A stretch of DNA of 64,000 nucleotides. It comes from Dicyema japonicum. Taxonomy: Eukaryota > Animalia > Dicyemida. The notes beneath the pieces are model-generated. The model had not been told where the DNA came from. It saw only the letters and a list, made by a program, of their open reading frames with translations, and searched no databases. Of the stretch, positions 52,140-64,000 are shown one piece after another. The DNA is taken from positions 154,404 to 218,403 of the forward strand of contig RDEW01000032.1 in the NCBI GenBank assembly GCA_011109175.1, in the 5' to 3' direction. The position numbers were made by a program, and so were the translations under genes. Position 1 is the stretch's first letter; each line of letters begins with the position of its first letter.

Positions 52140-55100
52140 TAACCCCGGATACAGCGAGAAGGAAGTTAAAGTAAACAACTAATTAAGTGTATCCAGTTTC
52201 CACTTCTACAGAGACAGAGTCCATCCGGAATCAACATAAAAAGTAAGACGTCCATTACATGCAGTTGTGGAAACCCCTCCAGTGGAGTGGGGAAGAGCTT
52301 TTTCGTGCCGGCCTGGCACTGGGCGTCACCTAGACAGGTGGATAACATGACGCCACTCTATTAAGAAGTGGAGGCTTCTTTCACCTCGGATGTTTGAAGC
52401 TCTCTCAGGCCTTCATCTGCGCCTTTGGGATATGACACTGCCGCTCGTGCTGGGGATTTCTTAATGGTCACGCGAGAGCATACACCTCCGGAGAAGAGCT
52501 TTCCCATTTGGATCCAGATTCGCTACTCAAATTATCAATGAACGCCGTTCATCGAGGAGTATCCCGGTGAAGATCCCAAAAGCAGCACGCCCCTAGCTGC
52601 CGAAGCCTTAACCAAAGCAATCGACGATGCTCTCTACTCCGATTCTATAAACGACTGGGTACGTTTGTTTAATTTTGCTTCTTTCGCACTTGGCTCCCCC
52701 CGAGATCGCAATGGGAAGCAGTCTTTTTCGATTGAAATGAAGAATAACATCCGCGCATTTATGATGGAACTCACTTTGCGGACCTCCCGTCTTTTTGCAT
52801 CCGTTTAACTGAGACTCGGAGTTCAACTCGGGAAACGGAGATTTTTCGCCTAAGAAGACTGTACGATCGAAGTTGCTTGAAGAAGGAACCCGATCCGCAT
52901 TGAAGGCCCTCTCACTCTCAGGCGAACCACGCCAATCCAACTGCTGATACTTACAAGATTCTATTGGAGAAGTATCCACCTTCTCCGAATGACCTACGCT
53001 ATTGTTCACCTTCATCAAAAGTGACCCCTTTCTCCACGTCGCCTGAAAATGTCATCACGGTGTTATGGAACTTTGCACCCAAGCAGCAGTGGAGGTCTCA
53101 ATGGCTTGAGGCTCGGTTATCTTAAAGACCTTATTTCACCGACTATTGGGGGACCAAGCATGTCGTCTCTCTCCTTCTCACCCACTTTTGTTATGAACAG
53201 GATATTATTATCTGGACATTTGCCTGATTTGATATGTCCTATCTTGTTTTCCGCTAGTCTGATTGCGGTCGACAAGAAGGGAGGTGGTATCCGTCCGATC
53301 GCGGTCGGATTCACCTTCAGGAGACTAGCAGCCAAGATTGCTTCCAGATTTTCTACGTCAATCTTGTCAAAATCTTACTTCTCAGTCAAGTTGGAGTCGG
53401 AGTTCGTCTTGGATGTGAGGCAGCCGTTGACTCCGTCATGACATTCAGGAACCGCAGCATTCAAGACTTTAAAAGGCACATTATGGTAAAGCTGGACATC
53501 AAGAACGCTTTTAACAGTTTAAGAAGAGACTGCATTCTGGAGGCCTGTAAAGAAAGATGTCCATACATATTTGAACTGGTCAATTATTCATACGGAAAAG
53601 CCTACATCTCATTGCACGGGGATTTCATGGTTCCATCGTTTTCAGGTGTTCAACAGGGCGACCCCCTCGGACCACTGCTGTTCTGCCTCGAAATTGATAG
53701 GAGTACGAAGCTCTCTCGATGCCCACTCAACATCTGGTACCTCGATGACGCTGTCTTAGAAGGTCCCCCGGAGATGGTCTTCCAATAGTTGGAAGTGTTC
53801 ATCCCGCGTTGTCCAAGGTGGGTCTTGAATTGAATACAACGAAATGTGCAATAACAAACGGTGGTCTTGCGACCTGTTCAATTGTTCCAAAATTTTACTC
53901 CTTGTTTCCTGGTGGGATTTCGACCCCTGAAAACGAATTGATTTTTCTTGGATCCCCGATCACTAGGAATGCGATGAAGCATGTCCTCTTGAAAAAACGA
54001 CTCCTATGCGAATCGCTGGATAGATTACAGCTTCTTGACTCACACTCAGCACTATTCCTCATAAAAGAAGTCTTAACATTCAGAGAATCCCTATTTACTC
54101 AGGACAGCTCCGTACTATTCCGAACTGGAGCAGCTTGAGCACTTTGCTTTGCCTTTCCTCAGCTCGACGGAGCAAATATTTAATGTCAAATTCGACGATG
54201 CTACATGGAAGCAAGCTACACTCCCAGTTAGATTTGGGGATCTTGGAATCCGTCTCACTTCCTGCACATCTGTCTTCACTTACGGCCTGCGAACCTTTGG
54301 TCAGGAGGATTATACACTCCCTACCCGAATTCTCAATTGACCAAGACATAATCCACGCACGAGAAGCCTGGAATGCCACCAACCTCCCCCTGCATCCTTC
54401 ACAAGACTGCCAGCGAAACCTGGACAATTTATTGTGCTGGAAATCATTTGGACTCTTACTGGAATCGGCCAATCAGCGCCGACGCGCTTGTTTGCTTTCG
54501 GGGGCTTCCGCTGAGAGCGGAGCTTGGCTAAACGCCATCCCAACTGAGCTCTGGGCACCTTTCTGGATAATGAATGCGTTAGAAGCGGTATCTTTTTGCG
54601 GCTGGGACTGAAAGTATGTGTACCTCACCTGTGCTGGTGTGGCGTCCTGATAGACTGCTATGGCCTGCACCCTCTCGCCTGCAAGAAGAGCGCTGGCAGA
54701 TCTCCAAGGTACAAGGCTCTGAATGAGATTTTCAAGCAGGCTATGGATGCTACTGGATACTCGGCCATTCTTGAACCGGTAGGGTTATGCAGAAGTGACG
54801 GGAAACGACCGGACGTGATGACAATATTTCCCTTTGAGGCCGGGAAACCACTTGTTTGATACGTAACATGTACAGACACGTTCGCCCGAACAATCTTCAC
54901 GAGTGCGCTTCAAGGGCCTGCTCTGCAAACGTCAAGGCGGATAAGGACAAACTCGAAAATACGGCAACCTTCCAGATAATGTCCAATTTGTTTCCCTTGC
55001 TAGGGAGACTTCCGGATCCTACTCCCCCTCTACACTAGAGTTTTTCGGACGTCTTGGAAACCGGATCACCTCATGCACTGGAGATCTCCACGAACGGCGC

Positions 55101-55140
55101 TGGCTGTTTGAGCGAATTTCGCTCGCAATTCTAAGAGGGA
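52140..55140 (+). mobile_element. Near-full-length degenerate CRE-clade retrotransposon
   Basis: N-terminal Cys/His remnants, GGIRPIAVG, KLDIKNAFNS, GVQQGDPLGPLLF, WYLDD, zinc knuckle CWC..HPLAC and REL KRPD...TCTDT; many frameshifts. Confidence 0.92.
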
Positions 55141-56029
55141 GACCCCCCAAGTATAAAATATTTATCTAGCTTCCTCCGTTCGACAGTCTGATGTTGTACT
55201 GAGCACCATATTTATCAGGGAAAATGTATTAACACAACTGGTGCCTCATACAAGAGAGCTTCCTTTGTGAATAAATCTTCCCCATCTCCTCGGTCGAGTC
55301 CAACAAGCTCGACGTTCTAAAGGACATCAGCGACTCCAAGACCACTTTTTATTATATCATTTAGGATCGAGTGACTGGGAAATCTTCCATAGCTCTTCTT
55401 GCATGAAAATAGGTGGATACCTTTCTGATCATTCACTTCCTACATCGAATTCGGTGAGTTTCACAAACATCCCGCCAATGCGACATGAAATGTCAATGCG
55501 GAGGGCCTCAGGGATTGGGTAGGTATTTGGCCAACAACCACTATCCTACATCCATGCCGAACAAAGCAAACCAGGCGGTTTTGGTATTCGGTTTTTCCGA
55601 GCTCCAGGAAAGTGAAGTGATTGCTACCTCGTCCCAAAACCTATTAAAAATTCGTCAGATGGGGGGCATAGACCAACCATTCCCATGCTGTTCGGAAATC
55701 TAAGAAACCTTTATAAGGTAAGATCTTGTAGTGTTGAGACTATCTTCAAGAGGCAATTCAGTTTGACATTTTAAAAGCGTTGATGACGACCACTGTCCTG
55801 CATCAGCATCAATATATGACAATTTTTAGATAAAACTAAATATTAATTAATAATTTCATAGGATTAATTTTATTTTGAATTTTTTGAATTTTTTATCTAC
55901 AAATATACTCAGGTTGGCTGTGGTGGTGACATCCTTCAATTGCACGTATATCTAAAACACACTCTCGAGAAATCGTACTTATCAAAAACCAAGACCTACA
56001 CACTTTGTAAATCGAAACCTGTATACAAT

Positions 56030-56325
56030 TATTGCTAACACCCTATGCAGATTATTTGGACACATATTAAGGACGAATCATGCCGTTCCTACATACGATA
56101 TTATGGAATCATACTTTTTCTGTTCAGAGGCTGTTAGAAAGAAGTCACGAATAACTTTGCCTTCAATAATGAAAATCGATCTAAAACATGTTAAAATGAC
56201 ATTAGAAGACGCAGATGATCTAGACAGCCTCCGAAAAATCGCAATCTCAAGAAGATCGTGGAGGAGTCTAAGAGACCTAATCATCCGGAGGTAGTACAAT
56301 CGACAGAAAGGATATAACAATACTA
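56030..56325 (+). mobile_element. RTE-like LINE 3' fragment
   Basis: RLFGHILR and SRITLPSIMKIDL. Confidence 0.75.
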
Positions 56326-56329
56326 TGTT

Positions 56330-56638
56330 GTGAGTGGCATAGGTGTCGGGCTAAAGTGACTTAGGCTACGGGTTCGACTCTCGCTGCTGTTCACCTGGTA
56401 GAAGGTTCCACGCATCTACGATGCAGAAAGGGTTTGACGAGTGACGCCGTCATCAGTGGATACTCACTGAGGAACTGGATTGTCTAGAAAGGACCCACAC
56501 ACAAGAAAAAAAATTGAAGATCATTCCTTGGTTCTACGATTAGTAAAAATTAACTGTTCTTTACTTAAATAAATTGTGTGTCCTGCCTATGCGGAGCTAT
56601 AAATATTATGGCTCTCGTGAAAAGGCTATTATTATTAT
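56330..56638 (+). mobile_element. tRNA-derived SINE copy with a complete LINE-like tail
   Basis: B box GGTTCGACTC, conserved core, and a tail matching the RTE 3' UTR followed by (ATT)n. Confidence 0.85.
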
Positions 56639-58430
56639 GTTGTGAGTACTATTCATGTAGAAAACAACTAATTTTTTTAATCTACCTCAAAATAAAGATG
56701 CTACTATTTTTTTATAAGAAAAGGGGATTTTTCCCCAGGAAAGATAGGGTAAATAGGACATTCTATTTTTCTTAGAGCAGCAAAGTGGTCTTTTTCTATA
56801 TTGATTTTGTTACAGGAAAGTTGCGGCCATCAACTAGATAAGTAGCAAATCTTAAAGATTTCAAATGGAACTACCTGAAAGTCGCTAAATGAGCTGTTAG
56901 CTTTCAATGATGAAATCAAATAAAAAATTGATTTATTTGTACACTGACTTCACAAAATCTGATAAGTTAATGAAAAATAGAAATATAATAAAAATTAGGT
57001 TGGAATTAAAAACCACAAAAATAACAACCAAATTTGTTAAATTGTAGCTGCCATCTTCCAAGTCAATTTATTTAAAAAAATCGATAAATCAAAAAATAGG
57101 AAAAGAAATTAAGGGGTTACAATCAAAATAAAACATGTACCAACAAAAAACGAGACAACTGGGTTAATTTTTAATGGTCCTTTTATAAAATTTATTCAGC
57201 TAACTTATTTACACAGAATTGAAAATGCACTTCCCCTCACGATTTGTGAAGGAATGGACTCAGTAAATGGCTCCTTTTTCGCTTTCCTGTTTCCTCTTCA
57301 CAATAAGCGATCCAATTCGGCTCAACAGGGTAAACGATGAGCTTCCATGGCCCCCTAAATTTATTTTGATTTTGCAACGTTCTTCGTTGAGCTTAGCTGA
57401 TTTTTGATACCACAGTGGAAGAAATATATTATTTGTGAGTTTGGGCTTGTCTTGATTACCTTCATGTTTAGTTGCTAGACGACCGAGTATAATCCAGCCC
57501 TAACCTAGAACGACATTAGAATAAGTTTCACGTTAAGCTATAAATAATCAACTAAGGATTATCGTCCTGTTTCAACCACGTGGAGCTAATTGCCCCAAAA
57601 AACCTTTGAATTTATTCGATAATTTTTATCTACGTTTAAAAGACCTCGATTTATAATTGATGATGTAAGAACCAAGTGTACATCATAGATAACCAACACG
57701 TGCACTATAAAGATATTTTTATCAAAGATTTTCATATACACGTGGTTTGGTCTTTAACATAAAAGCTTAGAAAATCAAATGGTCGGTGGTTTTTTATCTC
57801 TCCGATAACTTCCATGAAACATAGAATAAGGGGGAAGTCTGCTATAGGACAGTAGATATTTTCTATGAAAGCTTCTTACACTGAGTATCGTTGTCGATAA
57901 AAGATGTAGCTATCTAATATGTCAGTTCTTATGGTCGTAGACAGAGTCAAGCCCTTCATAGATCTCACCCAATCATAGTGATCGTCCGAGGAGCTGAGGT
58001 CGATTCCAGAACTCGTCAACAGGGTGTGAAATTATCTTCCAGTGGAACGAATAGATGGATCTTTTTGAATGCTGGCAAGCCATTAGTCGTCTCCTGAGTA
58101 AGGTGGATCCAATGACAACACCAGAGGAAGGAAGAGAAATCTTCAATCAAGTAACCACATCGCACCAGGCGGTTAATATCTTTTGGTCTCCTTTGGTACT
58201 TTAGTGGCACTAGGAATCACCTGAAGCAGGTGAAACCAATTAATGAAAAATAACTTAATTTATTCGATTCAAAAAATTAAATACATTTAAAAGTAGAAAA
58301 TAAAAAATTTTCGTGAGTTTCCAGATTTTCAGATTATTTCCTTTATTTTTTATTGCAGAAAAGTTTGCTAGCTTCCATTTTTTGAAAATGGTAAGATAAA
58401 ATTCAATTATAAATTGAGAAACATGAGTAG

Positions 58431-59480
58431 TTAATTACTGAGTCCAGCGGATATGATCGAGTGGCTGTTACCTCTGACTACTACCAGGGATATCCTTTGG
58501 AAAAGCCACTCGGTTTCCCGACGCTCCCTCGAGGCTTTGGTCAATAGACACCCAAGAGCTCTAAGGAAAAAGACCGTCTTTGGGCCGAAGACTCCGCTCG
58601 TCTCGACGACCACTGGTTGTACATGGAAACGGTTTAGGAGGCTGCTGTATTTCTTTATTTTTGAGTTTTCATATAAACGGGAGGCCTCTCCCGCTTTCAT
58701 TGCCGACCTCAAAAGTTTCGACTGGGAAAAGCTGTCAGTCAGGCAGCATCTCAAATTAAGCATTTGCCCCGAGAGAAGGGGAAGATAGTAATTCCACCGG
58801 GTCGCTTCCCATCATCCCTACTCAAGCCCGTTGGCTCTAGAATGGATGGGTATCCCGCCAACTCGAGGGCGCGCTTCACCACTACATTTATAGCCTTGTG
58901 TCTAGCGAATCGACCTCCGCTTTTTCGACAAGAAAGGGCATGATGTCCATAGCAGTCGACCTTCCGGCCGCATCGGCACTCATGGGGTTGACAAACTTTC
59001 AATCCAAGTCTGATGGAGATTCCGATGCGGACCGTTCCATCGTCTAGGTGAGTTCCCACGTTTCCAATGGGTAGGGCATTGATACAAGCCCCGCTCCACT
59101 CGCATCTTGCAGTTAAAAGACAGGCTCGTCGGTGTTGGTTAGATATTTTCAAAAGCCTCTCGTATTTATCCTCGCAGACAGACTCATAAAGGTCTCTTTG
59201 CCCGGGTTGTTTGACTTTAGGGTGTACCAAATCTTCGATCTTTGACGACTCTGATGGGAGCTGGAGAATCATCATGATCAAATTCTGATTGGAGTCCAAT
59301 GAGGATTGATATGCCGGGTGTGCTAAATCAGATGGTGAGAGAATTCCGAATCCACCAAAGCGAACGGGCAAGGTTGCTTGTTCCCATCCTTGTTCGTCGA
59401 ATTCGACATTAGTAATACGTTCGGTCGTAGACCGGAATAGGGAGTCAATCGCCCGAGTTGTTGCATTTTCAGGTAACATG
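58431..59480 (-). mobile_element. CRE-clade retrotransposon 3' third
   Basis: QATLPVRFGGFG, CQPHECRCG...HALSC, GKRPGG and QRISLVVVRGNSH. Confidence 0.9.
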
Positions 59481-59599
59481 GAGAATCTCGAAGGACGTAA
59501 TTTAATTTCTGCGTGGATAAAGCGTTTTTCATGAGAAAAAGAGAAGATAAAATATAACCACTATAACTTTGCCAAAAATGCAATCGATCACCCACCAAC

Positions 59600-59900
59600 A
59601 AGATGAAGAACAAATAGTGACTATATGAGAACCATACACCAGAACCCTAGTCTATGATGATGGATAAACCAGCTGAATAAGTTTACAATCTATTTAGCAC
59701 ATTCCATAGTCGACACTGAGGCTGTTAGATTCAAGAAAGCACAGAAACGAAAGTACACAATAAAATTGATTTCTTTGTACCTGGTAGAGCGAAAAAAATG
59801 ATCGAGGTGGGATCATTTCATAACATAAAATAAGTCAAGTAGAAGCTAAATCTACTTAACTACGATCTACGAAAAAACATGGTGGTCTCATTGGACTACG
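59600..59900 (+). mobile_element. Possible R4/Dong REL remnant
   Basis: IDFFV...MIEVG...NYDL resembles the REL motif; very decayed. Confidence 0.3.
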
Positions 59901-60810
59901 CCAGGAACTATATCCATCTGAGACGCTCAACGAAAAACATGATATTAGAGGATTTTTCTTACTAGAGAGAATTGAGGAAAGAACTTCTGCAATCATCGTG
60001 ATCAAGAAACCATTAGAGAACGTGTGAGTGGAAGATAAATTTCGGTTGGTGGACCAGACTGTTCACAGGAAGCTATATATCTGGAAGATCTACGAGAAAC
60101 TTGATATTAAGGATTGTCACATACTAAAGTGTTCCGACAATAGAATTGAGGAAAACATACTCCACTCGGGAGATCAAAACCTTTCACTAAGAATAGCTAT
60201 CAAGTGTGTTGGTCTCAAAGAAGGGGGAATAGCATAAAAAATGAAGCGAATTAAATTACACTAACTTTATTAATTCATTCTAATTAATTCTTAAAATTAT
60301 TAATTTTGACGGAAATCAAATTAACTACCAATTATTAATGTCTGAAGATTTTCAGCAATTTTTCCCCCTGTGAGCTGGAAAATGAAGTTTTTCCATACAT
60401 CGAAAGAGAAGTATTATCTTAGTACAGTTGATTTTGTATAATCACGGACATTTACTTGTTATCGTCTCAAATCTTTATCTCAACGTGAAATCCCAACGTG
60501 ATTCCTTACTCACATGCTTAGTTATTCAATAAGCACGTGTGAATATAATAAAGAATAGCTATTCACTTTATTGTACGAATAAATATTCAAATGCAGTTTT
60601 CAGGGCATCCATGCGAAAAGAGGAGAGACGACTGACTTGAATGTGGAGGGGAGATAAACCTGAGTAATACACAAAATCTTAAGAAATTGACTTTGAATCT
60701 TTTTTTATCGATTTTTATTAAATTTTTAATTTGCTTGCGTTCTGGAAATTAGTTACTTCCTCGCGCTAGTTCCTGTCGTATAAATTGAAAGAACTACTTC
60801 CGTTTCCTAA

Positions 60811-61171
60811 ATGAGCCAGCAAATTGTAAGGAATACTATCTCCAAGAGAGAAAGATCAAAACATAAAAAATTGCAGAAAACTTGAACTTGCTAATTTCAA
60901 TGGCAGAGAAAATCAACAGAGACATCATGGAAGTCACATTAATCCTAAATTTGCGATTGTTACTGACTGTTAGAAATATTGAAACTCTATCTCAGCTTAA
61001 GCAGGATTTAATTTCTCAATATGTATTAAGTTTATAATATTTTAGAACGAGGTTCGTGAAGAACTCCAAATATATAGCGCCTTATTAGTTTCACTGGATC
61101 CTAACTTGAAATTACTCGTCATTTCTGCCTCTGAAGCCTCTGTAGTCAATCACGAAAACACTTTGTGGTAG
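60811..61171 (+). CDS. Candidate small orphan gene (start at 60811 or 60900)
   Basis: A 23-nt GT-AG intron (61023-61045) joins MAEKINRDIMEVTLILNLRLLLTVRNIETLSQLKQDLISQY to NEVREELQIYSALLVSLDPNLKLLVISASEASVVNHENTLW* in phase 0. No homology recognised. Confidence 0.4.
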
Positions 61172-61399
61172 AAATTTTAAATTTATAAAATTTGATTTTT
61201 GTTACAAAAAATTTATTATTATTTTTTCTTTTAAAAAAATTTTATTTTAACTAAGTAAGATGCATGTAGCATCCACAATGAGCCACCTTGTCATGTTATT
61301 AACATTACTGTTTTACTTCTTAAAATAAACTGAGTTCTGCCTAAGGTGATGTTTAAGAAATAGAAACATTACCTACTCCTTATCGGAAAAGTTGGCTTT

Positions 61400-61625
61400 A
61401 TCCAGTAACCACAGTCTCGGAGACCATCGATATCGCGAATATGAGTACATCCAGAACCTGCAGAAAGAGAGGAAATTATCTTGTCTTTGTGGTTGTAGGA
61501 ACCCCTAGTGGAGTGAGGGAGAGCAAATGATTATTTTTCCTGCCATTTTGTACTGGAAGTCACATGCGACAGGTGGAAGAGACTGGAAAAAATCTTATAT
61601 GGTCGACTCCTCTTAAAAAAGAAGC
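61400..61625 (+). mobile_element. CRE 5'-region remnant
   Basis: gaacccct.gtggagtg.gg.agagc and gacaggtgga are shared with 52260-52370. Confidence 0.5.
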
Positions 61626-62454
61626 AATTGATTGCCTTCGTGTGAACTACAAACCACCATCATCTGAGTACCGTTGAAGTAGGTTAGGTTTAATGGTTCG
61701 TTTTAACATCGAATCTACATTTAACGAACCAAAAGGACCTCCCTGGATAACTTTCTCTCTTTTACTGTTAACCTGTCATCCTGGGGTAATAATAACTAAA
61801 TGTATGTTTTTCAAGTACAAAAACAAACATGATTGCCTTACACTCCTCGAAGTGGGACGATTTGCTGTAGACCTATATGAACTACGTGGAACATTCCATG
61901 ACTTTAAACAACGATCTCTGGTTAACCACCTTGTTCCACAGAGACTAACAATCAGTAACGTCTATAACTGCGACAAAGGCTATTGTGAAGTTGAACACGT
62001 GTGCTATTTTCTTTATCATTGTCAGGCTAGTATGTCCAGCGCAAACTGTCACGACTAATTAATCCAAGGAAGAAAGGAATTCAAAGTAAACAACGTCATC
62101 GCCTGAAAATATATTAATTTGTCACCGTCAGAATAAACCCATCTCCCACTTTGGATGATAACGTCCTGTTTTAATAAGTTGTTGCTCAGCATAGCTTTTT
62201 ATATAGGTTGAAACCCGCGAAACATGTTTTCGCCTTCAATCATATTTTTTACAACCAATATTGCATTATAGGAATGCATGAGTCCCGACTTAACTTATCA
62301 ACAATTTGTCTTTCTTTTTCAGATAAATACCGCTTCTTGGTAAGTGGAGGTTTAGTACAGGAAACATTACTACGTCTCTACGAAAATAGCTATTACTAAT
62401 AAATTCGAATCTAAAAGGACAATTATAGATTCCTTTAGTTGCTTTGGCTTTCAG

Positions 62455-62540
62455 GGTGACGTCATCAGTCATAATCACACTGCAGAACCGGATCAACTAT
62501 AAAAGGACTCAGAACAAAAAGAAAAAAAAGTGAACCGCAT
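62455..62540 (+). mobile_element. SINE internal fragment
   Basis: tgacgtcatcagt...cactgcagaaccgg core followed by an A-rich stretch. Confidence 0.55.
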
Positions 62541-63372
62541 ACCTTTGATGTGTATAAGCCGGTTTAAGAAGATGAAAGTTTGGTGGATATAAATTTCGAG
62601 TTTCGGAGACATGAATTGAAGAATCTGTATTTGAAGAAAAAAGTGCTCAAATTTAGAGCTCAGAGAAAAATATAACATTTGATGGTACAGAATTGTTTCA
62701 CAAAGATTTATCCAGACTGGGAAGATGCGAGGATGACTAAGAAACGATGATTTTTAGTAAAACGATTGGATCTTGACGTTTTTTCACGTTGGACAAATTT
62801 GGTACCCTGACTTCCTCACGAGGTCATCAAACGGGGTTGCCTTTGTCTTAACCTTGAAAGTCAATATGATCCTACAATTAATCTTCTTAACGTTTTATCT
62901 GGGTATTTCAATTAAAAAATTCTGAAAAAATTAATTTATAAAAATTATTTTAAAAATGAAAATATTAAATACGTTCTGAGATTTAAACATTATTTTTTGT
63001 TGTTCCATTAACGATTTTAAAAATAAAAGCAACTTATCCGATCCGCAACCAGAAAAGGGCCTTCAAATAACCGAGAGTTAGTATACAGGAAAACATTAAA
63101 TCACCAACGCCCATGGAAAAACTAATCGAAAAAAACAAAAATGGACACCAATGGCAAAAAGAAAGTTCTCGACCGCAACGAACATGTGTAGCTCAAGGGA
63201 TCAACACCGAGCAAAGATGAGAGCCTTGATCCAATTCGTCTTGATCACTTAGTTTAGTTTTTCGGTTTAACAGTGGTCTTTGGATTTAATTTAATTAAAT
63301 TCCTCAGAAATTTAAAGTGATGTTTATCCAATTTTTTACAATATGTAATGTTATAGTTTCTATGTCGAATAA

Positions 63373-63570
63373 CAGTGCCATCATCAGTGATATCTCACTG
63401 AGGAACCGAATCGTCTACAAGAGGGCACACACCCAAAAAAGCAGTGAGGATCATTCTTTGGTTCTCCATTATCGATTAGTTATAATAATTGTTTTTACTT
63501 ACAAAAAGTGTGTCCTGTCTCGGAGGAGCTATAGCTTATATAGATCTTCGTAAAGTGCAGTATTCTTATG
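63373..63570 (+). mobile_element. 5'-truncated SINE copy
   Basis: Core hairpin, cattc.ttggttctcc block, and tail ggagctatag...ttcgtaaagtgc. Confidence 0.75.
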
Positions 63571-64000
63571 TCGAATGACATATTATTTTTACCGAGGTTG
63601 TAAACATTAAAAGCTCAGGAAACATATTTTGATTTAAAAGCAAGTAACATCTTTAGAAAAGTTAAAGAAGATATTTAAATTAAGAAGGTGAGTCATAAAT
63701 CAATATTTAATTATTGATTGATCCATGCTCTGTTCACAAATCCTGCCAAGAATAAAGTAAATTGAAGTATTATGCCAATTCCGGACCATTTCTTTGCCAA
63801 AGACCAAGGATTAATAGGGTTTTCAAGGCTCTTCTCGATAACAAGTTTGTTGATATTACTCAAAAATTCATTGATTCGCATATAAAGTTTTTCTAATATT
63901 AAATGGAGAAAGCTATTAGATAGATAGTTGGTAGCACGGCACTAGCGAAATCCTAAACACATATCCATACATGCTATAATTGCACGTTTTTATGTTTATA

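Noticed and set aside
56455-56495. Hammerhead ribozyme in the SINE (CTGAGGA...GAAA, or antisense CTGATGA)
   Set aside because: Stems I and II do not close around the core, the antisense version lacks GAAA, and the core bases vary among copies.

Overview
AT-rich eukaryotic nuclear DNA, probably from an animal parasite. Most of the window is decayed transposon sequence, with only a few host genes. Read with tiny GT-AG introns (21-27 nt), the genes are: an intact CPSF3/CPSF73 endonuclease (8103-10593, -), a PP1 catalytic subunit (45002-46051, +, two 1-bp lesions), a 144-aa DEP-domain-like gene the ORF track misses (2178-2706, -), and a tandem family of compact reprolysin-like zinc metalloproteases (about 20.6, 26.8 and 30.0 kb) inside an old segmental duplication. 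There may also be a small orphan gene at about 60.8-61.2 kb. The repeats include CRE, RTE, R4/Dong, Jockey/I and CR1/L2-like non-LTR retrotransposons, plus pogo, Tc1, hAT, Merlin and Ginger-like DNA transposons. A tRNA-headed SINE family shares its 3' tail with the local RTE LINE. A TG...CA Ginger-like element carries a nested Tc1-like element and a degenerate TTAGGG array. Minimal introns at apparently ancestral animal positions suggest a dicyemid- or myxozoan-like host, but this is inference. No rRNA, intact tRNA or CRISPR array was seen. Transposon family assignments come from recognising motifs by eye, and their boundaries are approximate.
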